Virus record (IMG/VR): IMGVR_UViG_3300036766_000591
Span: 1-50,708 of that record
Source: a virus
Taxonomy: Duplodnaviria > Caudoviricetes
Length of the DNA: 50,708 bases
Direction: 5' to 3' (one strand)
Shown: positions 36,355-45,218 of the stretch, one piece after another
How the letters are laid out: the number at the start of each line of letters is the position of its first letter
How positions within the stretch are numbered: the stretch's first letter is position 1
The notes under the pieces: generated by a model
What the model saw: the letters and a program-made list of their open reading frames with translations, nothing else
Databases searched by the model: none
Told to the model about the DNA's origin: nothing
Translations under genes and position numbers: made by a program

Positions 36355-37281
36355 CTACTCCTGTTCGATCTCGGTGATCTTCGCGCGCAGCGCCGCTGCC
36401 TGCTCGGCGTCGCCCGCCCGCTCGGCCTTCTCGGCATTCTGCCGCAGCGGGGCGGTTAGGGCGGCTGTCGCGGCGCTGCGGTCCACCTTCGTCAAGCGTT
36501 TCTCTCCGCTGCGCGAGGCGGCACCCGCGCGGCGATGCTCCTGGTCCTGCTCGAATGCGTCCAGCACGGCGCCCACGAAGTACCGGAGCGCGCGCGGCTG
36601 GGTGTTGCGCCCGTTAGGCCGGTAGGCACGGGCCTTCTCGGCGATGATGCGTTCGGCGAAGGCGATCGGCACGCCCGCCGCGGTGAGGTCGGCGGCAGCG
36701 GCATGCTGCGCGCTCGTCACCAGCTCGTTGAACTGCCCACCGAGGGCGGCAGCGAGCCCGCGGTTGGCGGCGACGGTACACCGCTGCGCGTAGGAAAGGC
36801 TGTCCGGGGATGGCTGTTGCGGTTCAGCGACAGTACCACCCTGCGGCTCGCGCGCGGCTGTTGCTTCTTCTGTCTCTGTCTCTGGCTTTGTTGAGCCGGG
36901 CTTAAGCCGGGCTTGAGCACTCCTCAAGCCCCCCTTGCGGCCGGATTCAGCGCGCCGCCCAGCCTCAAGTTGTTGGGCCTCCGCGATTTGCAGAAGTTTG
37001 GGATTGGCGAGACGCCCCTCGAGGGTCGGGTGCGGTTTGAAGCAGTCCTTGACCACTCCTCGCAAATCAGCCACTTCGACCGTTCCACCGAGTTCGCCGC
37101 TTGAAGCAAGCCTCAAGGAACGCTCAAGCCGGGCTTGACTCGCCGGGATGCTCCCTTCGAGCCACTGAAGACAGAGGAGCCGGAGGTAGACGCCCTGCTC
37201 GGCGAAGGTCATGGCGAGCACCTTCTCGTCGGTCATCCAGTCGCGGACGTAGAAGGGGAACCAGGCCAGCTTCTCGCTCAT
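36355..37281 (-). CDS. Replication initiator, YdaU/DUF1376-like
   Basis: AWFPFYVRDWM.D...M...EQGVY.RLL..QW..GS.P; KGG; ETETE linker. Confidence 0.82.
   Translation of the reverse strand: MSEKLAWFPFYVRDWMTDEKVLAMTFAEQGVYLRLLCLQWLEGSIPASQARLERSLRLASSGELGGTVEVADLRGVVKDCFKPHPTLEGRLANPKLLQIAEAQQLEAGRRAESGRKGGLRSAQARLKPGSTKPETETEEATAAREPQGGTVAEPQQPSPDSLSYAQRCTVAANRGLAAALGGQFNELVTSAQHAAAADLTAAGVPIAFAERIIAEKARAYRPNGRNTQPRALRYFVGAVLDAFEQDQEHRRAGAASRSGEKRLTKVDRSAATAALTAPLRQNAEKAERAGDAEQAAALRAKITEIEQE
36891..37138. repeat. Iteron-like AGCCGGGCT repeats inside the initiator gene (candidate origin)
   Basis: Copies at 36894 and 36905, and within the near-palindrome TCAAGCCGGGCTTGA (37124-37138). Confidence 0.5.
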
Positions 37282-37517
37282 CGCGCGCCCTTCTTGCGGT
37301 TGCAACGCCGACACAGGATGGCCCAATTCGAGGCGTCGTCTGCCCCGCCGCGGGCAAGTGGAACGACGTGATCCACCTCGGGGAAGTTCGGCTCACTCAG
37401 CGCGGAGCGGCCGCTCTCGGCGGTGACCGACAGCGTGACGCCACACGCAGGGCACTTCCAGCCCGCGGCCTCGATGAGCCGGATCCATGTCCTGTGGTCG
37501 ATGTTCTTCCTTCTCAC
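37278..37517 (-). CDS. HNH endonuclease (79 aa)
   Basis: CPACG...EVDHVVPLARGG.D..SN..ILC..CN.KKG. Confidence 0.88.
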   Translation of the reverse strand: MRRKNIDHRTWIRLIEAAGWKCPACGVTLSVTAESGRSALSEPNFPEVDHVVPLARGGADDASNWAILCRRCNRKKGAR

Positions 37518-37804
37518 GCGGCCGTTCTCCTTCGCGTCTCGATCTTCCCGCGGAGCTCCGGGTAGCGGTCGAGCAGCTCGTCGCTGATGCGCGAGCGGTA
37601 GGAGTTGTCACAGTGGATCTTGAGCGCGCCGCGGGTTTGGGCGACGAGCAGGTTGACCTCTACCCGCTTGGCGCCGCTCCGCGCCAGCGCGATCGCGCGG
37701 ACGGCGACCGCCTCGAAGACCCGCTCGCCCTCGTCGCTGGCGCGCCAGCGCGCATAACGTTGCGACAGCGCGTCGCGGAGCGGGAGCGCGAGCTGCGCGG
37801 TCAC
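37514..37804 (-). CDS. Hypothetical early protein
   Basis: GTGA-coupled; KI..NSY...YPEL...ETR. Confidence 0.6.
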   Translation of the reverse strand: MTAQLALPLRDALSQRYARWRASDEGERVFEAVAVRAIALARSGAKRVEVNLLVAQTRGALKIHCDNSYRSRISDELLDRYPELRGKIETRRRTAA

Positions 37805-39255
37805 GCGGCACCTTCGATCTGGTCGATGGCCGCGAAGATGGCCCACGCCACGGCGGGCACGATGGCGTTTCCGACGAGACGGCATCCCGCCGCGCGGTTG
37901 GGCATCCCGCTCACGACGGGCCAGCGATTCTCGCAGCCGCCACCGAACGCAAAGGCTTCCACGATGTTGTCGCTTTCACGCGACCGGGAATAGTCCAACC
38001 AAGCTTCCATTGCCTGTGGTGCCAGCGCATGTGGCAGGGCCCGCACACGACCTGCAAGTTCTGCCGCGCGCTGTTCGCGGGATCGCCATCCATGTGATGG
38101 ACTTGGAGTCCCGCAGTAGCGGCACAGACTTCGCATTTCTCCAGCCTGCCCACCGTCTGTCGCGCGATGGTCTTCCACCGCCCATAACTGCGTACCGGAC
38201 GGGAATTCGCGCACGAAAGCGAGCAGAACCGCCTCCGCCGAAAGACACCGTAGTCCTCCAGTCGGCCACTGATCCGCTTGCGCGTCATCGGCACACCGCA
38301 CCACTGGCAGGGCTTCAAAGGCGCTGGCTTCACTGGCATGGGCACCTAACGCCGTCCTTTCTTCTGGCGGAGATACACGACATTCAACCAGCCAGCGGGA
38401 AAACCCATCAACCAAGCTCCGAAATTGGGATTGTACGCCGCCCGCTGGCCCGTCGGTTTCGCCGTCGCCGCCGCTAAGCTGAGGTTGTGATTGCCCTTGA
38501 TCCCCTCGAACGCCTTCACCTCGCCCGGCTTCGGCGGGGACGAGCCTAACGGTGCCATCCGCCCCTCGGATGGCAACGGCGTCGGCCCAAGGCGCGAGAA
38601 GTTGACCGATTGTCGGCCCAGCAGCGCATTCTCTAGCACGCCTGCCACACTCGCTCCGTCCTTCCCGTCCCGCGTCGTCGGCGTCGCCCAACCCGCTAGC
38701 GCGTCCTCCAGTTTCCGTATCCCGCCGACCAGCGTCTTCCGCTCTGCCTGGCCACCCCCCGTTGGCGTCTTGGGCGTGGGCCACGATCCAGACCCGTTCC
38801 CGGCGGTGGGGGGCACCAACGTCGGCCGCGGCGACACTGTCCCACGTCGCATCGTACCCGAGGCGGGCCAGGTCTGAGAGAACTTCGCCGAACGCACATC
38901 CGTCGTTGACGGAAAGCAGTCCAGGGACATTCTCGAAAAGGCACCAGCGGGGTCGAAGCTCCCCAACGCATCGGGCGACTGCGGGCCAGAGCCATCGGCT
39001 ATCGCTCGTGCCCAACCGTCGGCCAGCGTGGGAAGCGGGCTGGCAGGGGAAGCCGCCAGCGAGGATGTCGGGTCGCTCAACGCTGCTCCAGTCCACCGTA
39101 GTGAGGTCGCCCACGTTCCGCGCCTCGGGGAAATGATGTGCCATGACCCGACACGCCCACGGCTCGATCTCCGAGTACCATGCCGTCGTCCAGCCTAACT
39201 GACGGGCCGCGAGATCGAAGCCTCCTTGGCCTGCACACAGCGAACCCAGCCTCAC
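37801..39255 (-). CDS. DNA C5-cytosine methyltransferase, alpha polypeptide (motifs I-VIII and X)
   Basis: GSLCAG.GG, GGFPCQP, FENVPG, GAPHRRERVW, GNAIVP; GTG start at 39255. Confidence 0.9.
   Translation of the reverse strand: MRLGSLCAGQGGFDLAARQLGWTTAWYSEIEPWACRVMAHHFPEARNVGDLTTVDWSSVERPDILAGGFPCQPASHAGRRLGTSDSRWLWPAVARCVGELRPRWCLFENVPGLLSVNDGCAFGEVLSDLARLGYDATWDSVAAADVGAPHRRERVWIVAHAQDANGGWPGRAEDAGRRDTETGGRASGLGDADDAGREGRSECGRRARECAAGPTIGQLLAPWADAVAIRGADGTVRLVPAEAGRGEGVRGDQGQSQPQLSGGDGETDGPAGGVQSQFRSLVDGFSRWLVECRVSPPEERTALGAHASEASAFEALPVVRCADDAQADQWPTGGLRCLSAEAVLLAFVREFPSGTQLWAVEDHRATDGGQAGEMRSLCRYCGTPSPSHGWRSREQRAAELAGRVRALPHALAPQAMEAWLDYSRSRESDNIVEAFAFGGGCENRWPVVSGMPNRAAGCRLVGNAIVPAVAWAIFAAIDQIEGAA
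37911..38345 (-). CDS. HNH endonuclease with an N-terminal zinc finger, nested in the +1 frame of the C5 methyltransferase
   Basis: CQWCG...FCSLSCAN; CEVC...QVHHMDGDPANS..NLQVVC..CH..WH. Confidence 0.82.
   Translation of the reverse strand: MPMPVKPAPLKPCQWCGVPMTRKRISGRLEDYGVFRRRRFCSLSCANSRPVRSYGRWKTIARQTVGRLEKCEVCAATAGLQVHHMDGDPANSARQNLQVVCGPCHMRWHHRQWKLGWTIPGRVKATTSWKPLRSVAAARIAGPS
38346..39080 (-). CDS. C5 methyltransferase beta-like polypeptide in the +1 frame (WPTP repeats, motif IX)
   Basis: WPTP/WATP and NPNFGAWLMGFPAGW; TTG start with a GGAG RBS; arrangement as in M.EcoHK31I. Confidence 0.7.
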   Translation of the reverse strand: MSDPTSSLAASPASPLPTLADGWARAIADGSGPQSPDALGSFDPAGAFSRMSLDCFPSTTDVRSAKFSQTWPASGTMRRGTVSPRPTLVPPTAGNGSGSWPTPKTPTGGGQAERKTLVGGIRKLEDALAGWATPTTRDGKDGASVAGVLENALLGRQSVNFSRLGPTPLPSEGRMAPLGSSPPKPGEVKAFEGIKGNHNLSLAAATAKPTGQRAAYNPNFGAWLMGFPAGWLNVVYLRQKKGRR

Positions 39256-39720
39256 CGCGCCCCCGCGCTGGGCCGGAGCGGGCGGGTTACGGCGCAAGCA
39301 GCTCCGCGACTTTGTCCAACAACGCGCCGGCTTCCTCCCGCGCGTGGGTCGGCACCGGCACCAATCCGTCCGCAATGAGCCGGAGGAATCCGGCCACTTG
39401 CATGAGCACGGCTCTCGTCTTCTCGTCCACCGATGTCTCCGGGATTGAGGTGTCGCATCATAGTCCCCCTGCGCTGGGCCGGAAGCCCCTGCGCCGCGCG
39501 CGGCAGTCGGCGCACAGCCCGCAGCGGCAGGCGAACGTGAGCGGCGGGGTGACGTGCTCAGTCCAGCGCGCCACGCGGGGTTCGGGCGCCGTGGGCCACG
39601 CGGGGAGCGGCTTCCCCCACCGCACGGCGTTCCCGCGGGCGGCGCGCGTGCGACCGAGGCACGCCTTCGAGCAGAAGCCGTGCCAGCCGGGGAGCGGGGC
39701 GTTGCCGCAGGGGCAGAGGG

Positions 39721-40122
39721 TCACGCGGCCACCCGTAGCGCCTCGCGCCGCTCCTCGCGCACCAGTTCCCGCTCGTAGCGGTCTACGTGCCGCTGCATCC
39801 ACGGCGTGTGCGGAAAGGCGTACTCCTGATACCACGCGACGCGCCCCTGAATCTGGAGGTGGCAGACCTGACAGAGCGCCGCGAGGTTCCAGAGCCGCAC
39901 CTCCGACTTGTCGCCGTCGAGGTGATGGCACGTCAGGACGCGCATCTTCCCGTCGCCGATGCCGGGATGGGTGCAGTGCTCGTCACACGGCAGATTCCAG
40001 TCGGGTGTGTGCGGCTTCGACGGGTGGTGGCACCGCTCGCAGCGGTAGCCGTTCATGCGGCGCACGCGCTCGGCGATCTGCGGCCAGCGGGCCGGGTACG
40101 CGCCGACGTTCTCGTTCCTCAC
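39721..40122 (-). CDS. HNH-domain protein
   Basis: YP..W..I, RCERC, VLTCHHLDGD.....NL.ALCQ.CHL. Confidence 0.8.
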   Translation of the reverse strand: MRNENVGAYPARWPQIAERVRRMNGYRCERCHHPSKPHTPDWNLPCDEHCTHPGIGDGKMRVLTCHHLDGDKSEVRLWNLAALCQVCHLQIQGRVAWYQEYAFPHTPWMQRHVDRYERELVREERREALRVAA

Positions 40123-40433
40123 GTCCCCGGACCCCGAGAGTCCAGCGCGGGCGGGCGCATGTCCCAGTCGGGCTCCGCGCCCTCGGTCCGGTCGCCGGCG
40201 CGCCTTCCCGCGATCATCGGAGCCAGGGCCTCTGCGAGCGCGCGGGTGGTCCCGGTGGCTGGTAGGACGCGCGAGGCGGCGCGCGCGCTCGCCGTGAAGG
40301 ACAGGCTCGGATCGTACACTTCGCGCAGCCGGTCCATCGTGCGCCGCTTCCCGCCCTCCGACAGCGAGGCGAAGGCGGCGAGGATCTTGCCTTGGGCGAC
40401 CAGCTCCTGGTCGCGGGGGATGCGGGTCATGGC

Positions 40434-41129
40434 TCAGTCCTCGCTTTCGGGTGTCTGCTTCCCCGGGCGCCGCATCGGCATCAGTAGTCCGCGCACCTCG
40501 GCCTCGGCGCCCTTCGCGTGAATGACGATCTGGCGCTCGGCGCCGATGAAGGCGCAGTCCACGCCGAGCATTCCCTTGAGCTTCCCGACGGCGGCGAAGA
40601 GCCGCACGGCGAGCGTCATGCCGTCCACCGCCTCGGCCCTGTCGAGCCCGAACCGCAGGCCGCGCCAGTCTGGAAATGACGACTCGTAGAGGCGGCAATG
40701 CAGCTCTTGCCCGAAGGCGCGGAGCGTCAGAATCTCCGGTTGGAACGCTTCGCCTAACGGCGTGTCCCCCTCGGCGGGCTCCACGGCGAGCGAGAGCGTG
40801 GCGAGCTTGCCCGCGTCATCCCCGGCCGCCGCGAGCAACGTCCGCATGAAGGCGAGCGCGAACTTGTCGGTGTCCATGACGACGACGGCGCGCTCGGGGG
40901 CTTCCGCCGCGTCGGGCATCGGCTGACCGTCGCCCGGCACCCAGGCGCGAAAGAGCATCGTCCCATCGCATCCGACGAACTGCGCGCCCGCCTCGAACAA
41001 TTCGACGCTCAGCGTTCGGTAGAGCGCGGGCCTGGCTTCGTCCTGCGAGGTGGCGAGGAAGGCGTTGAGCCACGCGGTCGCCGCGCGGCCCGCGTTGACG
41101 GTGATGCCGACGATAGTCGGTGCGGTCAT
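40434..41129 (-). CDS. DNA polymerase III beta-clamp-like protein (two-domain)
   Basis: DEARPAL, V.CDG..L, FPDWR, GLLMPMR. Confidence 0.65.
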   Translation of the reverse strand: MTAPTIVGITVNAGRAATAWLNAFLATSQDEARPALYRTLSVELFEAGAQFVGCDGTMLFRAWVPGDGQPMPDAAEAPERAVVVMDTDKFALAFMRTLLAAAGDDAGKLATLSLAVEPAEGDTPLGEAFQPEILTLRAFGQELHCRLYESSFPDWRGLRFGLDRAEAVDGMTLAVRLFAAVGKLKGMLGVDCAFIGAERQIVIHAKGAEAEVRGLLMPMRRPGKQTPESED

Positions 41130-41205
41130 GGGGTCTCCGGGGTGGAATAGACGTTAGGAACTTCGGCCGCCTGCTCGCGGGTGAGGAGTTTCGCCGTGCG
41201 TGCGC

Positions 41206-43704
41206 TCACCGGGAGGCCGGGGCCCGCGCGGGTCGGGGTGCCGACCCGCGCGCTTCAAGATGGCGCGCGTTCTGGTATGACTCACTGACCATGAGTTGCG
41301 CGCCATGACGGGAAGCCACCTCGTCACGGATCGTCGCGACCCGGTCGTGCGGTATCCGGGTTGTCGCCCGCTTGACTTGCAGCGGCCCCGCACCCCACGG
41401 CACGCCGGGCGTCTGCTCCTGCAAGAACAGCGCAGCCTCGTAGGCCGCGCGACGCGACGCACACCCCACGATGACACAACCACCGCTGCCATGCGAGACG
41501 TTCCATGTACCCGGCCGGTTGAGTATGGCAGGATGGATGAACAGGTCGTCAACCGGGAAAGCGCACACTTCGACGGTTCCCGTATCGTGATGAATCGGCA
41601 AGATCACGATATCGCCCATCGCTTCACTCACTGTGCGCCCCTCCCGGTGGCCCGCTGCCGCGCCGGGGTCACGAGCATCCCTTGAGTTCCTGGTAGGACC
41701 GGAGCACGGCGACCACGTCGCCGCTGATGGCCGCATGGTCGGCGCGGGCTAGTGTCTGTTCGAGCATCATTGCGCCGAACGCTCCGGCGGGTCCGAGCTG
41801 CTTGTATACGCCGAGTAGTTCGCGCACACGCGCCTGCTCCTTCGGAAACTCGTCGCCGACTGTCGTCACTTCGTCCTCGCCTTCTGCTTGAGCCGCGCGT
41901 TGACTAACGTTTGAATCTTGCGCTTCTGTTCGGGCCAGTCGTGATAGTGATAGGCTCTGCCGAACGGCTCGGACCACTCGCCGAACGCCGTCCAGATGGC
42001 CGCCCAGTCCCGCGCGGTCAGCACCGGAGCCTTAGCCTTTGCGGACCTCCGTCCCATCGGCTCGATCCACTCGTTCGTCGCGCCGCAACGCAGGCACTTG
42101 TTCATCGCGTCAGCACCGGAGGGCGGGTCACGGCAGCCGCCGCACCGCGTATCGGCTCGTCACGACCTGCATGCCGTCGGCGAACTCCACCAGGATGCTG
42201 TTCAGCCGCCCGCGCGCGAGCACGCGGCAGGGCTGGCCGTGGCGTGCGGGCAGCCGCTTGCGCCAGTACCAGACGTGGGTCACGGCGTCTGCTCCAGAGC
42301 CGCCAGAACCCGAGCGGCCTCGGCGCGATGGGAGTTAATCTCGTTCTCTCGGGTTCCAGGGCCGAGTAGAGACCAGCGTGCGGCATCGGGGTGTTCCGGC
42401 CTGAAGTGGTGAGCCATTGCCAGCGCCGTGGCCATCCGCTCGACGGACGGCCGCGCCTGCTCTTCCAGTCCTTCCATCGCCATGCACAGCGCCGCGAGAT
42501 TCAGGTTCGTCAGGCGTGACGTTGGCTTCAAACCCGCCAATTCGGCCAACTTCGCAGCCGTGATCTCGCCCTTGAGAAACAGCGTCGTTGCCGGGAGCCA
42601 CGGGTCGCCATCCTCCGCGCCACCGTAGCGCGCGTCAATGCGGTAGGCCGCCCGGAGTTTGTTCCGCACCAGCGAATGAGTTTGGGCCACAGTCGGTATC
42701 CCGCCGATTGCCACGGCACCATCGAAGTCTCGACACGCGATCGCCACCGTGACCGCCTCATCGCTCGGCTCCAAGGGCAGGGTCGGCCGCGCCTGCTCGG
42801 CCTCACGGGCTAGCGCGAGCGCGGCGGCATCCGTCTTCATGTCCGCGCATGTACTAGGAACCTTGCTCCAGATACCGAGCGCCCGCGCACTCAACAGGCA
42901 TGTCGGGCACGGTCGCGTCGAGTAGTTGTGCAGATCGGCGCGATGCGCTATCAACGCCTCCCGCGCCTGCTCAGCCTCGCGGACCAGCGCCTCGATGGCG
43001 GCGCGGAGCTTCGCCCGTATTGATGCACAAGCGTCGGCGTTTTCGTCGCCGTCCCGAACTGCACGGTGATGCTCGAACGAAAGTTCCGCTGCCAGCCGCA
43101 TGATCTCCTCGCCCCGCGCGCTCATCGCTTCCCTTCCAATCTCTTGATCTTCGCACGCGCCTCGTTGAGTTCCTTGAGCATCGTCATGCTGAGACCCATG
43201 CACATTTCGTCCCGCACATAACGGTCGTGCAGGTAGTTCGAGAGGCGTTCGATGGCCTGCTTGTCCAAGCCTTCTACCGCATGGGCCAGCAACATCAGGG
43301 CGCGAGCCTCGATGTCTATGCCATCACGCTTAGGCTTCGCGCTCATCGCTCGGCTCCCTCGATCACCGCCACCACATGCTCGCCGCGCGCCATGTTCGCC
43401 TCATCCCGTGTCCCGAAATCTGTTGCCGACCACCCGCAAGTGCAGAAAGCACGCCAGCCCTTTCGTGGCGGGAGTCGTTCCGCCGTGTACGTCTCGTGTT
43501 CGGCCAGCCGCCGCACGGCCTCGGCGTGGCTCACCGGGACCGCCTGCCATTCCAGAGCAGCAGCGCCGCGAGCCCGATGAACACCGCGCCGAAGCCGACA
43601 TAGATGAACCGCTCGGTGTCGCCGAAGCCGGGCACGGTGATCGCCGCTACGACGATGGTGGCGCCTACCAGCGCCGGGGCCCAGGCACCTTCATTTGCGT
43701 TCAT
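41206..43704 (-). CDS. Cluster of small early genes, including 41669-41869, 41866-42105, 42128-42283, 42280-43125, 43122-43346, 43343-43534 and 43531-43704 (TM)
   Basis: Chain of coupled overlaps with protein-like composition. Confidence 0.65.
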
Positions 43705-44567
43705 GCTCCCTCCCCGTTCAGGATGGCGGCCACGATCTGCTCCACTTCGGCCTCGGTCAGTTGTTGGCGAGCCCGCGATGCATCGAATGGAGTGGCCACG
43801 CTGGCAATGTCACGCACGTCAACCGGCCGAAGATTGGCGAAGCGTGGATCGGGAACACGCCCAAGTTCCAGCAACGCCAACGCGAGCCGCATCTTCAACT
43901 CAGCCAGCGTCTCCGCGCTGACGGCGGGCCGGGCCTCAGCGTTCAGGGCCGCCGCGATGGCCCCGCACTCGACGTTGTCATCCGCGATGTGCTCGTAGCC
44001 GACAAAGCGCAGGGCCGCGCTCACCGACGCCATGCTCACGACGGCGGGCCGAGACGCCGCGAGGCGCAGGGCGCAAGTGACCGTGCGGAACTCCCGCTCC
44101 TGACTAGGATCGTCGGCGACGAGCGCGTACTGCTCATAGAGGTCCGCGAGCCGCGAATACTCCGTCCGCTCGCTGTCGGTCAGTGGGGCCGAGGGCGCGG
44201 GATTGGAAGGGTCGGCAGTCGCGGAGCCACCGCTGGTCACATCTCCAATCTGGCTACTGCGAGGAGAAGGCTTGCCTGTGCTGCTCCCTTCCAACCCACG
44301 CGCCCCGCTCTCGCCGGGCCCGACCTCGGCCCGCCGATGCTTGATACCGAGCATGCCCGGTTCCCCCTTCGGATCGGCGATATACTCGCTGATGACCCAC
44401 AACGCGGGGACGCCTTCCTTGAAAACGTTCAGGTTGCACTTCCACCGTTTCCCGATAGTGGTGCCAGTCGGATCAGTCATAGAGTATTCGGGAAGTGCAT
44501 CGAGCGCGCCCTGTGTTATCGGCTCACCGGACAGGTGGGCAACCCGCGCGTCAACGGCGGCCCTCAC
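43701..44567 (-). CDS. Modular early protein, variant B (shares its C-terminus and linkers with 1-557)
   Basis: GTGA-coupled; contains VGPGESGAR, PSAP.LTD.E and ALRLAASRPAV. Confidence 0.7.
   Translation of the reverse strand: MRAAVDARVAHLSGEPITQGALDALPEYSMTDPTGTTIGKRWKCNLNVFKEGVPALWVISEYIADPKGEPGMLGIKHRRAEVGPGESGARGLEGSSTGKPSPRSSQIGDVTSGGSATADPSNPAPSAPLTDSERTEYSRLADLYEQYALVADDPSQEREFRTVTCALRLAASRPAVVSMASVSAALRFVGYEHIADDNVECGAIAAALNAEARPAVSAETLAELKMRLALALLELGRVPDPRFANLRPVDVRDIASVATPFDASRARQQLTEAEVEQIVAAILNGEGA
43807..43933. repeat. Exact 127-bp direct repeat, copy 2
   Basis: Identical to 1-127. Confidence 0.97.
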
Positions 44568-44705
44568 CGGGAACCGACCCCAGGCTCCGGCACGACCCGC
44601 TGGCAGCGAGCGTCACCAGGAGTGCCGTCGCCGTGGAACCACCGCTCACCGCGCACGCCAGTGCCCCAATACATCAACTCTCCGCACCGGATGCACCGAG
44701 GGCCG

Positions 44706-45218
44706 TCAGTCATGGGCTGCTCCGATCCGTTCCTGCCGGTTGATCCGCACGCCGCCCGCCCACAGCGCCCACTCGCCCGTCCGCGTGCGTCTCGCGAGCC
44801 CCACGGCCTCGAGGAACGCCTTGACTTCTGGCAGGCCCCCCAGCACGTACCGATGGCCGCTCGCGGTCCAGCGACGCTCGAACACCGCCTGCTCGGCGCT
44901 CTGGCGTCCTGCGCTCTGGCGTCCGGCGCCAGGCGCCTTCGTCTCGATCTCGAAGGTGACGTACACCCAGCCCCGCCCATCTGCCTCGCATAGCGTCAGC
45001 GCAGTCACCAGCACGCCCGGCCACGTCGCTTGCGGCACCCAAGCGAAGCAGCGGAGGTCCGGGCAGCCTGGCGTGATGAATGCCTGGAAGGGTTGGCTGG
45101 TGTCGTAGACTTCGATCGCGGCCCGCTCCAGCAGAAGCTTGATCTTCTGTTGCTCGTCGTGCTCGGGGCGCTGGCGCTTGGCGGTCTGCGCGAACCGGGG
45201 ATGGCCTCGCGGCTTCAC
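44706..45218 (-). CDS. VRR-NUC-like (PD-(D/E)xK) nuclease
   Basis: E...Q..I, TPGCPDL, IETKAP..GRQS.EQ..F; a 15-bp tandem duplication gives GRQSA twice. Confidence 0.7.
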   Translation of the reverse strand: MKPRGHPRFAQTAKRQRPEHDEQQKIKLLLERAAIEVYDTSQPFQAFITPGCPDLRCFAWVPQATWPGVLVTALTLCEADGRGWVYVTFEIETKAPGAGRQSAGRQSAEQAVFERRWTASGHRYVLGGLPEVKAFLEAVGLARRTRTGEWALWAGGVRINRQERIGAAHD

